A stretch of DNA of 64,000 nt, from the NCBI RefSeq assembly GCF_041398385.1, contig NZ_JAWKUW010000002.1:245125-309124 (forward strand). The letters are read 5' to 3'. Made by a program: the position numbers and the translations under genes. Below are positions 1 to 8,508 of this stretch, in pieces (the first letter of the stretch is position 1; every line of letters starts with the position of its first letter). This stretch comes from Hyphomonas sp. GTDB lineage: Bacteria > Pseudomonadota > Alphaproteobacteria > Caulobacterales > Hyphomonadaceae. The notes below the pieces were generated by a model. That model had not been told where the DNA came from. It was given only the letters and a program-made list of their open reading frames with translations, and searched no databases.

Positions 1-174
1 GAGGCCTGGCGCGACAGCCGGGCGGATTTCAACGAGCGCCTGAAAGGCGGCGAGGAAAATGCCATGCGCGAGCGCTGGCAGCGCCACTACATGAAGGGCC
101 AGAAGCCGACCGGCGACAAGGCCGATGCCCACCAGACCAAGCGCCGCCTGCAGGCACCGAAGGATGTGAAATAG
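1..174 (+). CDS. 3' end of a conserved hypothetical protein (DUF6065-like), partial
   Basis: Frame 1 is open from the window edge to TAG at 172-174: EAWRDSRADFNERLKGG...RERWQRHYMKGQKPTG...HQTKRRL, resembling DUF6065 C-termini. Confidence 0.5.
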   Translation, partial: EAWRDSRADFNERLKGGEENAMRERWQRHYMKGQKPTGDKADAHQTKRRLQAPKDVK

Positions 175-181
175 GGCCGGA

Positions 182-535
182 TCAGTCCGGAACGTTGCGG
201 CTTGCCTTTTCGACAATGCCGCTGGTGCCCTGCCGCTTCTCAAGCGCTGCCGCCACATCGTCGAGGCTGACGCCTCGCACGCGCAGTGCCACCAGGGCAT
301 GGTAAAGCATATCCGCAGCTTCGCTGGCGACGCGGTCGTCCGTCTCGCTTCGGAGGGCTGCGATGAACTCGCCGGCTTCCTCTTCAGCCTTGTCGGCGCA
401 GGCGCCGACGCCCTTGGCCAGCAGCTTTGCCGTCCACGAGGAAGACGCATCCCCGATTTCGGCGCGGGCATCAATGGTCTGCCCCAGATAGGCAAGGGCG
501 GCGGCAAGACGGTCAGCAGGGCCAAGGATCGACAT
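182..535 (-). CDS. hisE: Phosphoribosyl-ATP pyrophosphatase
   Basis: C-terminal 117 aa of ORF 182..1471 from ATG at 535; SSWTAKLLAKG..K..EEA.E..SEAADMLYH motifs; his gene context. Confidence 0.9.
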   Translation of the reverse strand: MSILGPADRLAAALAYLGQTIDARAEIGDASSSWTAKLLAKGVGACADKAEEEAGEFIAALRSETDDRVASEAADMLYHALVALRVRGVSLDDVAAALEKRQGTSGIVEKASRNVPD

Positions 536-640
536 GCCCTTCCTTAGCGCCGTGACGCGGGGGGAGGAAGCCCGCCCGCTTGACGCACCCCCGCGCCCGG
601 CACACTTTTCCGGCAAGAGACCAGACAAAAGGGCAGGGCC

Positions 641-1456
641 ATGAACGACCGCGTCAGCATCACCTATCTCGAAGACGGCATCGCAGACGTGCGCATGACA
701 CGCGCCGACAAGATGAACGCCCTCGATACGGCGCAGTTCAAGGCCATCGCCGACACAATCGAGGAATTGCACGGCAAAGCGGGCCTGCGCTGTGTGGTTT
801 TGTCGGGCGAGGGCCGGGCCTTCTGTGCGGGGCTGGACCTGACGGCCATGGCAGCCAATGCGGCGAAGGAAGAGGGGGGAAAAAAGGGCGGCGTGACCGG
901 GGATCTGGGCACGCGTACTCACGGGGAGGCGAACCTCGCGCAATACGTCGCCTGGGGCTGGCGCCGGCTGGAAGTGCCAGTGATTGCTGCGGTTCATGGG
1001 GTGGCGTTTGGCGGCGGGTTCCAGATCATGTCGGGGGCGGATGTGCGGTTTATCCATCCCGATACGCGCTGTGCGATCATGGAGATGAAATGGGGTCTTG
1101 TGCCCGACATGGCGGGTTTCCCGCTGTGGCGGGGCAATGTGCGGGAGGACGTGATCCGGGAGCTGACCTATACCAACCGGGAGTTCAGCGGCCACGAGGC
1201 CCAGCGCCTCGGCTTTGCGACGCATATTTCCGACACGCCGCATGAGGACGCGCTGAAACTCGCCGCCGTGATCGCCAACAAGCACCCGCAGGCGATGCGC
1301 GGGTCCAAGCGCCTGTGCAATGCGATGCACGACGTGCCCGATGCGGCCCTGTTGCAGATGGAAAGCGACGAGCAGTTGAAGGTGATCCGCACGCCGAACC
1401 AGATGGAAGCGGTGATGGCCGAGATGCAGAAGCGCAAGCCGGTGTTTGCGGATTAG
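641..1456 (+). CDS. Enoyl-CoA hydratase/crotonase family protein
   Basis: FCAGLDL, PVIAAVHGVAFGGG and MEMKWGLVPDM motifs. Confidence 0.92.
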   Translation: MNDRVSITYLEDGIADVRMTRADKMNALDTAQFKAIADTIEELHGKAGLRCVVLSGEGRAFCAGLDLTAMAANAAKEEGGKKGGVTGDLGTRTHGEANLAQYVAWGWRRLEVPVIAAVHGVAFGGGFQIMSGADVRFIHPDTRCAIMEMKWGLVPDMAGFPLWRGNVREDVIRELTYTNREFSGHEAQRLGFATHISDTPHEDALKLAAVIANKHPQAMRGSKRLCNAMHDVPDAALLQMESDEQLKVIRTPNQMEAVMAEMQKRKPVFAD

Positions 1457-1457
1457 A

Positions 1458-1516
1458 CCCTCACCTCCCACGCCCTTTGGGCGCGGGCCCCTCCTCTCCC
1501 GCAGGCGGGAGAGGGG
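1458..1516. repeat. Half CIR/RIME-like palindromic intergenic repeat between convergent genes
   Basis: Two tandem hairpins: CCCACGCCC-TTT-GGGCGCGGG and CCTCTCCCGC-AG-GCGGGAGAGG; related to elements at 4193 and 46789. Confidence 0.7.
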
Positions 1517-1517
1517 T

Positions 1518-2279
1518 TCAGAGCGGCCGCACCGGCGCGCCGGCTTCGGCCAGCGCCTTGCGGGCGTCGGCCACGGTCGCCTCGCCGAAATGGAAGATCG
1601 AGGCGGCGAGCACGGCGGTGGCCCCGCCTTCGATCACAGCGGCCGGCATGTCGGCCACGCTGCCGGCCCCGCCGCTGGCCACAACCGGAATGTTCACTAC
1701 AGAAGTCACGGCTTTGAGGAGGGGGATGTCATAGCCGGATTTGGTGCCGTCCTTGTCCATCGAGGTGAGCAATATCTCGCCCGCGCCGCGCTTTTCGGCC
1801 TCTTTCGCGAAGGCGACGGCATCGATGCCGGTGGCCTTGCGGCCGCCATGGGTGAAGATCTCCCAATGGTCGTCCACGCGCCTCGCATCGATGGCGACGA
1901 CGACGGCCTGGCGGCCTGCCTTGGCGGCGCAGCGGGAGATGACGGACGGGTCTGCCACGGCGGCGGAATTGATCGCCACCTTGTCGGCCCCGGCGCGCAG
2001 CAGGGCCACAAGGTCTTCCGCGCTGCGCACGCCCCCGCCCACGGTGAGCGGCATGAAGCACTGCTCGGCCGTGGCCGAGACGATGTCCAGCAGGGTGCCG
2101 CGGCCCTCATGGCTGGCGGTGATGTCGAGGAAGCACAGCTCGTCCGCGCCCTGGGCGTCATAGGCCCTGGCCAGCGCGACGGGATCGCCCGCGTCTTTCA
2201 GGCCGACGAAATTGACGCCCTTCACGGTGCGCCCGTCTTTCACGTCGAGGCAGGGAATGATGCGGGTCTTGAGGCTCAT
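1518..2279 (-). CDS. hisF: Imidazole glycerol phosphate synthase cyclase subunit
   Basis: [48 protein letters not shown]; start moved to ATG 2279. Confidence 0.97.
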   Translation of the reverse strand: MSLKTRIIPCLDVKDGRTVKGVNFVGLKDAGDPVALARAYDAQGADELCFLDITASHEGRGTLLDIVSATAEQCFMPLTVGGGVRSAEDLVALLRAGADKVAINSAAVADPSVISRCAAKAGRQAVVVAIDARRVDDHWEIFTHGGRKATGIDAVAFAKEAEKRGAGEILLTSMDKDGTKSGYDIPLLKAVTSVVNIPVVASGGAGSVADMPAAVIEGGATAVLAASIFHFGEATVADARKALAEAGAPVRPL

Positions 2280-2482
2280 GCCGCACGGGTTTAACGGCCC
2301 CGCCACGCAAAGCAATGCCACACCTTATCCAACACCAGGTGTGGGAGAGACGCGGCCCCCGGCACTCCGGAGAATCCTACGCAGAGGCTCCGGGAAGGCT
2401 CCGGTGAGCGGGAATGTAGGAGAGGAGGGGGACTTTGCGCTCGCTATCCCCGTTACCTTGGCCGCCCCGCCACACACACCGC

Positions 2483-2586
2483 CGTCATGCGCGACGGCCG
2501 CAGGCCACCTGGGCACCCATCTCCGAAAGAATCCATGCGCACGCGCTTTGCTTCGAGGCGTACTCCGTGCAACCTCGACGATGACG
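2483..2586. repeat. CGTC-tagged REP-like doublet (left copy, right arm degenerate)
   Basis: Begins CGTCAT and ends ATGACG; first 52 nt match 2966-3017 at 45/52 positions. Confidence 0.7.
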
Positions 2587-2643
2587 CGTGGGAGAACGCC
2601 GGGCGCACACGCATATGTTGACCGGGTGGAGGGGCATCGGGGC

Positions 2644-2946
2644 ATGGCAAACGAAGACCGGATCATTGCCGTCTATTTCATGGCGAACCGGAAGAATGGC
2701 GCGATCTATACCGGGGTGACGTCACATCTCGTGCAGCGTGTGTGGCAGCACAAAGAGGAAGTGTTCGGCGGTTTCACGAAGAAATATGGCTGCAAGACAC
2801 TCGTCTGGTATGAGGTGCACGACTGGATCGAGGCGGCGATTGCGCGCGAGAAGTCATTGAAGTCTTACCGGCGGCAAAACAAGATCAACCTGATCGAAGC
2901 GAAAAACCCGCACTGGAAAGACCTCTGGTTCGAGATTACCGGCTAG
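2644..2946 (+). CDS. Small GIY-YIG nuclease family protein (YhbQ/UPF0213-like), 100 aa
   Basis: AVY-x(10)-YTGVT, LVQRVWQHK, FTKKYG..LVWYE, AIAREK.LK, IE..NP.W.DL; GGAGG RBS upstream of ATG 2644. Confidence 0.92.
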   Translation: MANEDRIIAVYFMANRKNGAIYTGVTSHLVQRVWQHKEEVFGGFTKKYGCKTLVWYEVHDWIEAAIAREKSLKSYRRQNKINLIEAKNPHWKDLWFEITG

Positions 2947-2965
2947 CGACACATTCTCAGCGATG

Positions 2966-3126
2966 CGTCATGCCCGATGGCCACAGGCCATCTGGGCACC
3001 CATCGCTGAAAGACTCCGCAAGTTGCGTCACGTCCCGCCGCGAACCCGGTTCGCGCCAGTAGATGACGCACCCGGCCGTTCCGTCCAGAGATGGATCCCC
3101 AGACGGCTTCGCCGTCGGGGATGACG
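2966..3126. repeat. CGTC-tagged REP-like doublet (REPIN-like; right copy, intact)
   Basis: Left arm CGTCATGCCCGATGGCC-ACA-GGCCATCTGGGCACCCATC; inverted right arm GATGGATCCCCAGACGGC-TTC-GCCGTCGGGGATGACG. Confidence 0.8.
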
Positions 3127-3197
3127 CGAGGGACGTGGCTGGTCACAAGAACAAATCGGGAAAAGATTGCAGGGGCGGCTGGACTCGATTATGGGAA

Positions 3198-3419
3198 ATG
3201 CAGTATTTGGGGAATCGATACCAAATACGGTGGCTGCTACTCATCGATGACGCAATCCAGTGGATCGAGACTGGCAAAGGGCGATTTTACACCTCGGTAA
3301 ATGGTCGCTCTGTGTGGATTGTGGTGAAAGTGCATCCCACATCGGGTCGCAAATATCTTACAACTGAGGGCGACGGATTCCCACCGAATAATCTTCTCAG
3401 TTTGCCCGATTGTCCGTGA
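3198..3419 (+). CDS. DUF3892-like small protein, probably 5'-truncated
   Basis: AI.WIE.G..RFY...GRSV.I.V....GRKYLTTEGDG..PNNLLSLP.CP pattern; visibly AT-richer than neighbours; start uncertain. Confidence 0.55.
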   Translation: MQYLGNRYQIRWLLLIDDAIQWIETGKGRFYTSVNGRSVWIVVKVHPTSGRKYLTTEGDGFPPNNLLSLPDCP

Positions 3420-3450
3420 TGAGACGAGGGCGGGTACGTGTGTGCCCGTC

Positions 3451-4179
3451 CTACCCCGCCACCTCAATCGCCTCGCTCGCCACAATATCCCCATCATAAA
3501 GTGCGCGGCCGAGGATGCAGCCGGCGATGGGGGCGCCCGAGGCCCTGAGGGCGCTTATGTCGTCCACGCTGGCGACGCCGCCGGAGGCGATGATCGGGAT
3601 ACGGACGGTGTTGGCCAGCTCTGCCGTGAACGGAACGTTGACGCCGGTCTTCAGGCCATCGCGGCCGATGTCGGTGGCGACGATGCCGGCGACGCCGCAG
3701 CCTTCGAAGGCCCTGGCCAGCTCGGTCGCCTTCATGTCGCTGGTCTCGGCCCAGCCTTCGACCGCCACCATGCCGTTCTTCGCGTCGATGCCGACGACGA
3801 TGCGGCCGGGCAGGGCGCGGGCGGCGGCTTTCACCAGTTCCGGATCGCGCAGGGCCACGGTGCCGAGGATGACGCGGGAGACGCCGGCCTCCAGCCAGGC
3901 ATCGATCTGGGCGCGCGTGCGGATGCCGCCGCCAAGCTGGACCGGCGCATCGGTGGCCTTGAGGATGGCTTCCACGGCCTCGCGGTTGACGGCCCGGCCC
4001 TCGAAGGCGCCGTTCAGGTCTACCACGTGAAGATGGGTGAAACCCGCGGCGCGGAAGGCGGCGGCCTGGGCGGCGGGGCTGTCATTGAAGACGGTCGCCT
4101 GGTCCATCTCGCCACGCAGGAGGCGGACGCACTGGCCGTCTTTCAGGTCGATGGCGGGGTAGAGGGTGAAACTGGTCAT
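3451..4179 (-). CDS. hisA: ProFAR isomerase
   Basis: [38 protein letters not shown]. Confidence 0.97.
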   Translation of the reverse strand: MTSFTLYPAIDLKDGQCVRLLRGEMDQATVFNDSPAAQAAAFRAAGFTHLHVVDLNGAFEGRAVNREAVEAILKATDAPVQLGGGIRTRAQIDAWLEAGVSRVILGTVALRDPELVKAAARALPGRIVVGIDAKNGMVAVEGWAETSDMKATELARAFEGCGVAGIVATDIGRDGLKTGVNVPFTAELANTVRIPIIASGGVASVDDISALRASGAPIAGCILGRALYDGDIVASEAIEVAG

Positions 4180-4192
4180 GCGGGCCTCTTAG

Positions 4193-4313
4193 TCTTCCCC
4201 CGCTTGCGGGGGAAGTGGGCTTTGGCGCTCGGCGCCAAAGGTCGAAGGGGGCCTTTTGCTCGAAGCCCCCCTCCGTCCGCTTCGCGGCCACCTCCCCCGC
4301 AAGCGGGGGAGGA
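4193..4313. repeat. Full CIR/RIME-like palindromic intergenic element (~120 bp)
   Basis: Inverted arms TCTTCCCCCGCTTGCGGGGGAAG ... CCTCCCCCGCAAGCGGGGGAGGA, each followed or preceded by a second hairpin. Confidence 0.85.
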
Positions 4314-4321
4314 TGGAGGCG

Positions 4322-4963
4322 TCACGGCAGCCACTTCAGGAAGTTCGCGAGGATGGTGAGGCCCACGCCCTGGCTTTTCTCCGGGTGGAACTGGGTGCCG
4401 AAGATATTGCCGCGCGCGACAGCGGCGACGAGCGGGCGGCCATAGTCCGCCGTGGCGGCGATGTCGGCCGGGTCGTTGGGCGTCAGGGCGTAGGAATGGG
4501 TGAAGTAGACGTGCGGGTCGTCGCCCAGCCCCGCGAAGACCGGGTGGGGGCGGGGCAGGGTGAGGCCGTTCCAGCCCATATGGGGGATGCGATAGCCGGG
4601 GCCGGGCCGGATCAGGTCCACCTCGCCGCCGATCCAGTCGAGGCCCGGCGTGCGGCCGTCTTCGAGGCCCGCGGTCGCCAGCAGCTGGAGGCCGACACAG
4701 ATGCCGAAAAACGGGGTTTTTGCGTCGATCACGGCCGAATTCAGCGCGTCCACGACGCCCGGAACGGCGCGAAGGCCCGCCGCGCAGTCGGCAAAATGGC
4801 CGACGCCGGGCAGCACGATACGGTCTGCGGCGGCAATGTCGGCCGGGTCTGCGGTGATCAGGATGTCATGGCCGGTGCCGGCATGGTCGGCCGCCGCGCG
4901 CAGGGCGCGGCCCGCCGAGTGCAGGTTTCCGGAGCCATAATCGATCAGCGCGACCCGTTTCAT
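4322..4963 (-). CDS. hisH: Imidazole glycerol phosphate synthase glutaminase subunit
   Basis: IDYGSGNLHS, LPGVGHF, GICVGLQ, PHMGWN, QFHPEKS. Confidence 0.97.
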   Translation of the reverse strand: MKRVALIDYGSGNLHSAGRALRAAADHAGTGHDILITADPADIAAADRIVLPGVGHFADCAAGLRAVPGVVDALNSAVIDAKTPFFGICVGLQLLATAGLEDGRTPGLDWIGGEVDLIRPGPGYRIPHMGWNGLTLPRPHPVFAGLGDDPHVYFTHSYALTPNDPADIAATADYGRPLVAAVARGNIFGTQFHPEKSQGVGLTILANFLKWLP

Positions 4964-4978
4964 GGCCGCGCTCTTGGC

Positions 4979-5575
4979 CTAAAGCGAGCCCTTTGTCGAG
5001 GCGGGCTTTCCGCCGAGTTTCGGGTCCACCGCGATGGCGGCGCGCAGGGCGCGGGCGGTGGCCTTGAAGCACGACTCGGCAATGTGGTGGCAGTTCTCGC
5101 CGTACAGGTTCTCGATGTGCAGGCACATGCCGCCATTGCCGGCCAGGGCATGGAAGAACTCCTTGAAGAGCTCGGTGTCCATCTCGCCGATCTTGTCGCG
5201 CGTAAACTGTACATGCCACACCAGATACGGGCGTTTGCAGAGGTCCACGGCGGCGCGGCTCAGCGTCTCGTCCATGGGCACATAGGCATGGCCGAAGCGG
5301 GTGATGCCGGCAAAGTCGCCAAGCGCCTTGAGGATGGCCTGGCCGATGACGATGCCCGTATCCTCGACACTGTGGTGCATGTCGATATGCAGGTCGCCCT
5401 TGCAGCTCACCGTGAGGTCGATGGCCGAATGCTTGGAGAAGCTCTCCAGCATGTGGTCGAAGAAGCCGATGCCGGTGGCGATGTCGGATTTGCCGGTGCC
5501 GTCGAGACCGACGGTGACGGTGATGTCCGTTTCCTTCGTCTTGCGGGTGACTGTGGCGGTGCGGTTCTGGCTCAT
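4979..5575 (-). CDS. hisB: Imidazoleglycerol-phosphate dehydratase
   Basis: [35 protein letters not shown]. Confidence 0.97.
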   Translation of the reverse strand: MSQNRTATVTRKTKETDITVTVGLDGTGKSDIATGIGFFDHMLESFSKHSAIDLTVSCKGDLHIDMHHSVEDTGIVIGQAILKALGDFAGITRFGHAYVPMDETLSRAAVDLCKRPYLVWHVQFTRDKIGEMDTELFKEFFHALAGNGGMCLHIENLYGENCHHIAESCFKATARALRAAIAVDPKLGGKPASTKGSL

Positions 5576-5696
5576 GGGGGCCCATATAGTGTGTAAAGCC
5601 TGCTACAGCTAGCGCACTTTGTTCACTGATTTCTAAACATATTGCCCGATGTTTCCGACGGGATTTCGCCTGAGGCGTTAGTCGAGCGAGGAAGCA

Positions 5697-7445
5697 TTGC
5701 GCAAGCCGAACATCATTCGCCGCACGCTCGGCACGATGTCGCTGCCTGCTTTTGCAGGCGTGTTCGGGGGCTTGCTCTCTGCAGTCCTGACGGGCGGATT
5801 CATCCTTCTGGCGCAGACTTACCGCGTCCTGACGGGCATGGCGTCATGGGGCGAACTGTGGCTGCCGGGACTGGTCATGGCGGCCTTCTGCGGCGTGACG
5901 GTGGTGCTCGCCGGCATCGCCACCTTCGCGATGACGCAGACATTCCAGCGCATCCTGAAGCGGTTCCTTGCCTATCTCGAAGATGCCGACAGCGTGTCGC
6001 CCAAGGGCATGGAAATGGTTTCGCTGTCCGAACTGCGCCATCTGCGCATCGCCGTGACGCGCACCGTGCGCCGCCTGCGCCGGGAGAATGAGTCGCTGCG
6101 CCGGATCGCCTTTGTCGACACGCGCACGGGCCTGCCCAACCGGATTTCGCTGGAGCGGGAAATCGAAGCGCGCCTGCCGGCCGCAACCTATGAGGCGCCG
6201 GCCGCGTTCTTCCTGCTGGATCTCGACCAGTTCTCGCGTGCGGCCGAGCGCCTCGGCACGCATGCGACTGATACGCTGCTGCGCGCGGCGGGGGCGCGGC
6301 TGACCCAAGCGCTGGCGCGGCTCGAGGCGCCGGTCTCGGCCAGTGTCGAAGGTTCGGTTGTGGCGGCATTGCATTCCGACCAGTTCGCGATCTTCCTGCC
6401 GTCGGCGATTTCGCGCGAGAACGTGTCCTCGATCGCGCGGGCGATCCGGATTGCTTTCTCCCATCCGTTCGAGATCAACGGCCAGGTCGTCGTGCTGGGC
6501 ATGTCGGGCGGGATCGTGAACGCACCGGAAGATGCAGATTCCGTTCAGAAACTGTTTCGCCATGCCGAACTGGCGCTGCGCCAGGTGCGGACGGAGTCGG
6601 CGTCCGGCTTCCGCTATTTCTCGCCGCGCCTCACACGCGTCGCGCGCGGCAAGTACATGCTGGAAGCGGAACTGCGCGAAGCTGTCACCAATCGCGAGTT
6701 CAAGGCGGTGTTCCAGCCGAAGATCGACTTTGCCACCGGCCGCATCGTGGGCGCCGAGGCGCTCGCCCGCTGGCAGCGCGCCAATGGCAAGGTGATCTCT
6801 CCGGCCGCCTTTATTCCGCTGGCGGAGGAAACCGGTCTCGTCAACCAGATCGGCGAGCAGATCCTCGAATCTGCCTGCTACTCCGCTGTCCGCTGGATGC
6901 GCGAAGGCTATGACGTGTCCGTCGCCGTCAACGTCTCGCCGCGCCAGTTCATCAGCGTCGATGTGACCGAGCTGGTGCTGGATGTGCTGAAGCGCACCGG
7001 CCTGCCGCCGGACATGCTGGAGCTGGAAATCACCGAGAGCATGGCGGTCGCCGATCCGGCGAAGGTCGCGCGCGTGATGCGGCCGCTGCGCGCGCTTGGC
7101 ACAAAGCTCGCGATTGACGATTTCGGGACGGGCCATTCGAACCTGTCCATGCTGACCCAGCTGCCCTTCGATGTGTTCAAGATCGACCGCCAGTTCGTGT
7201 CGGCGCTTGAATCCGATCGTCAGGCCCCGGCCATTGTCGAGATGATCCTTGCCATGGCCGAGACGCTTGGCCTGAAGACGGTCGCCGAGGGTGTCGAAAC
7301 CGAGCGGCAGGCAGAGTTCCTGTGGCGCCGCGGCTGCAGCATGGCGCAGGGCTTCCTGTATTCGCCGGGCCTGCCCTTCGACGCATTCATGGACTTCCTG
7401 CGCAAATGGGACGCCAGCAGCGTCGGCGAGCGCCGCGCAAGCTAG
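5697..7445 (+). CDS. Membrane-anchored GGDEF(degenerate)-EAL protein, likely c-di-GMP phosphodiesterase
   Basis: Two N-terminal TM segments; D..TGLPNR; GGDEF replaced by HSDQF; intact EAL, ELEITE, DDFGTGHS, KID, AEGVE. Confidence 0.9.
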   Translation: MRKPNIIRRTLGTMSLPAFAGVFGGLLSAVLTGGFILLAQTYRVLTGMASWGELWLPGLVMAAFCGVTVVLAGIATFAMTQTFQRILKRFLAYLEDADSVSPKGMEMVSLSELRHLRIAVTRTVRRLRRENESLRRIAFVDTRTGLPNRISLEREIEARLPAATYEAPAAFFLLDLDQFSRAAERLGTHATDTLLRAAGARLTQALARLEAPVSASVEGSVVAALHSDQFAIFLPSAISRENVSSIARAIRIAFSHPFEINGQVVVLGMSGGIVNAPEDADSVQKLFRHAELALRQVRTESASGFRYFSPRLTRVARGKYMLEAELREAVTNREFKAVFQPKIDFATGRIVGAEALARWQRANGKVISPAAFIPLAEETGLVNQIGEQILESACYSAVRWMREGYDVSVAVNVSPRQFISVDVTELVLDVLKRTGLPPDMLELEITESMAVADPAKVARVMRPLRALGTKLAIDDFGTGHSNLSMLTQLPFDVFKIDRQFVSALESDRQAPAIVEMILAMAETLGLKTVAEGVETERQAEFLWRRGCSMAQGFLYSPGLPFDAFMDFLRKWDASSVGERRAS

Positions 7446-7963
7446 GCCGGAACGCGCTGGAAGACGTTGATGGCTGCGCCGCGCAGCTCTGACGGACGCC
7501 AGAACCGGTAGCCGCATTTCTCCGCAACGCGCCGAGAGGCGAGATTGCCTTCATCCACGATGCATACGGACATTCCCGGCCGGGCCTCGTCGAGCCAGGC
7601 ATGGATTGCGCCGACCGTTTCGCTGGCGATGCCCCGGCCCCAGGTCGCTTTCGAAAAGGCCCAGCCGGCCTCAGGCCATTGCGAGAGGTCCGGTGTGATG
7701 CCGCGCCGGAAATCGGCAAAGCCGGCTTCGCCAAACACCTCGCCGCTGGCGCGGTCTGTCACGGTCCAGTTACCGAAGCCCTTGATGTCCCACATGCCGC
7801 GGCCGCGCGCGAGGGTGAACCAGACATCCTGCGGGCCGCGCGTCTGGCCGCCGATAAAGCGGACGACCTCGTTATCGCCCCACATCTCGGCAAGCGGCGC
7901 AAAGTCGCTTTCCTGTGCCGGGCGCAGGACCAGGCGTTCCGTTGTCAATGTGGGCGGGGTCAT
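7442..7963 (-). CDS. GNAT (RimJ/RimL-type) N-acetyltransferase
   Basis: LTTERLVLRP, PEAGW, WGRGIASE, NLASRRVAEKCG. Confidence 0.9.
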   Translation of the reverse strand: MTPPTLTTERLVLRPAQESDFAPLAEMWGDNEVVRFIGGQTRGPQDVWFTLARGRGMWDIKGFGNWTVTDRASGEVFGEAGFADFRRGITPDLSQWPEAGWAFSKATWGRGIASETVGAIHAWLDEARPGMSVCIVDEGNLASRRVAEKCGYRFWRPSELRGAAINVFQRVPA

Positions 7964-8508
7964 GAGGACAGGCAGAACTGCATCGGATAGACAACATTGT
8001 GCCGGTCATAGGGCGTGCCATCCAGTGTTCGCGGCTTGAACCGGGAGGCTGCGACGGCATTGCGGGCAGGCTGGATAAAGATCGGATTGCTGCACGCAGC
8101 GCGGATATTGCCCGCGGTTCCGCTGCTCAGAACAGTGAACTTGATCTCACAGATGCCTTCCGTCGCTGTTGCCATAGCCCATGCCGGATAGGCGGGCCGG
8201 GGCGGTGCAAGCGGAACCGCATCGATCATGATGCGCCCATCAGGAAGATGGATTTCTCCGTCGCGCTCGAGTCCTGTTGACCAGTCAATTTCCATTATTG
8301 CCGGATCGGCGGCGAATTGCTGATCCCAGTCGTCGGGATAGGTGATGAGAGCAACATCGCCATTTGGATGCCCGCACTGGACGATGCTGCCGGGTCCGGT
8401 CAGCCGGTCATCGGCGAGGTGTGACTGGTACAGAAAATAGATGCCCGCGGCCACGATCCAGCCGGTCACGGCCAGGAGGCCGAAAATCAGCGTGGCCGGG
8501 GACTTCAA
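7960..8508 (-). CDS. Membrane protein with TonB C-terminal domain
   Basis: TTG start at 8508 overlapping upstream stop; N-terminal TM; P.YP..A....EG.C.IKFTV...G...N...F...AR.AV...RF.P. Confidence 0.65.
   Translation of the reverse strand: MKSPATLIFGLLAVTGWIVAAGIYFLYQSHLADDRLTGPGSIVQCGHPNGDVALITYPDDWDQQFAADPAIMEIDWSTGLERDGEIHLPDGRIMIDAVPLAPPRPAYPAWAMATATEGICEIKFTVLSSGTAGNIRAACSNPIFIQPARNAVAASRFKPRTLDGTPYDRHNVVYPMQFCLSS

Noticed and set aside
182-1471. 429-aa ORF as an extended HisE fusion
   Set aside because: Only the last 117 aa are HisE; the rest is the antisense of the crotonase gene.
2327-2336. ATCCAACACC shared with 46466-46475
   Set aside because: A 10-nt match with no extension; compatible with chance.
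2483-3133. Repeats as a CRISPR array or IS element
   Set aside because: Only two units, no regular spacers, no cas or transposase gene; the structure is REP-like.
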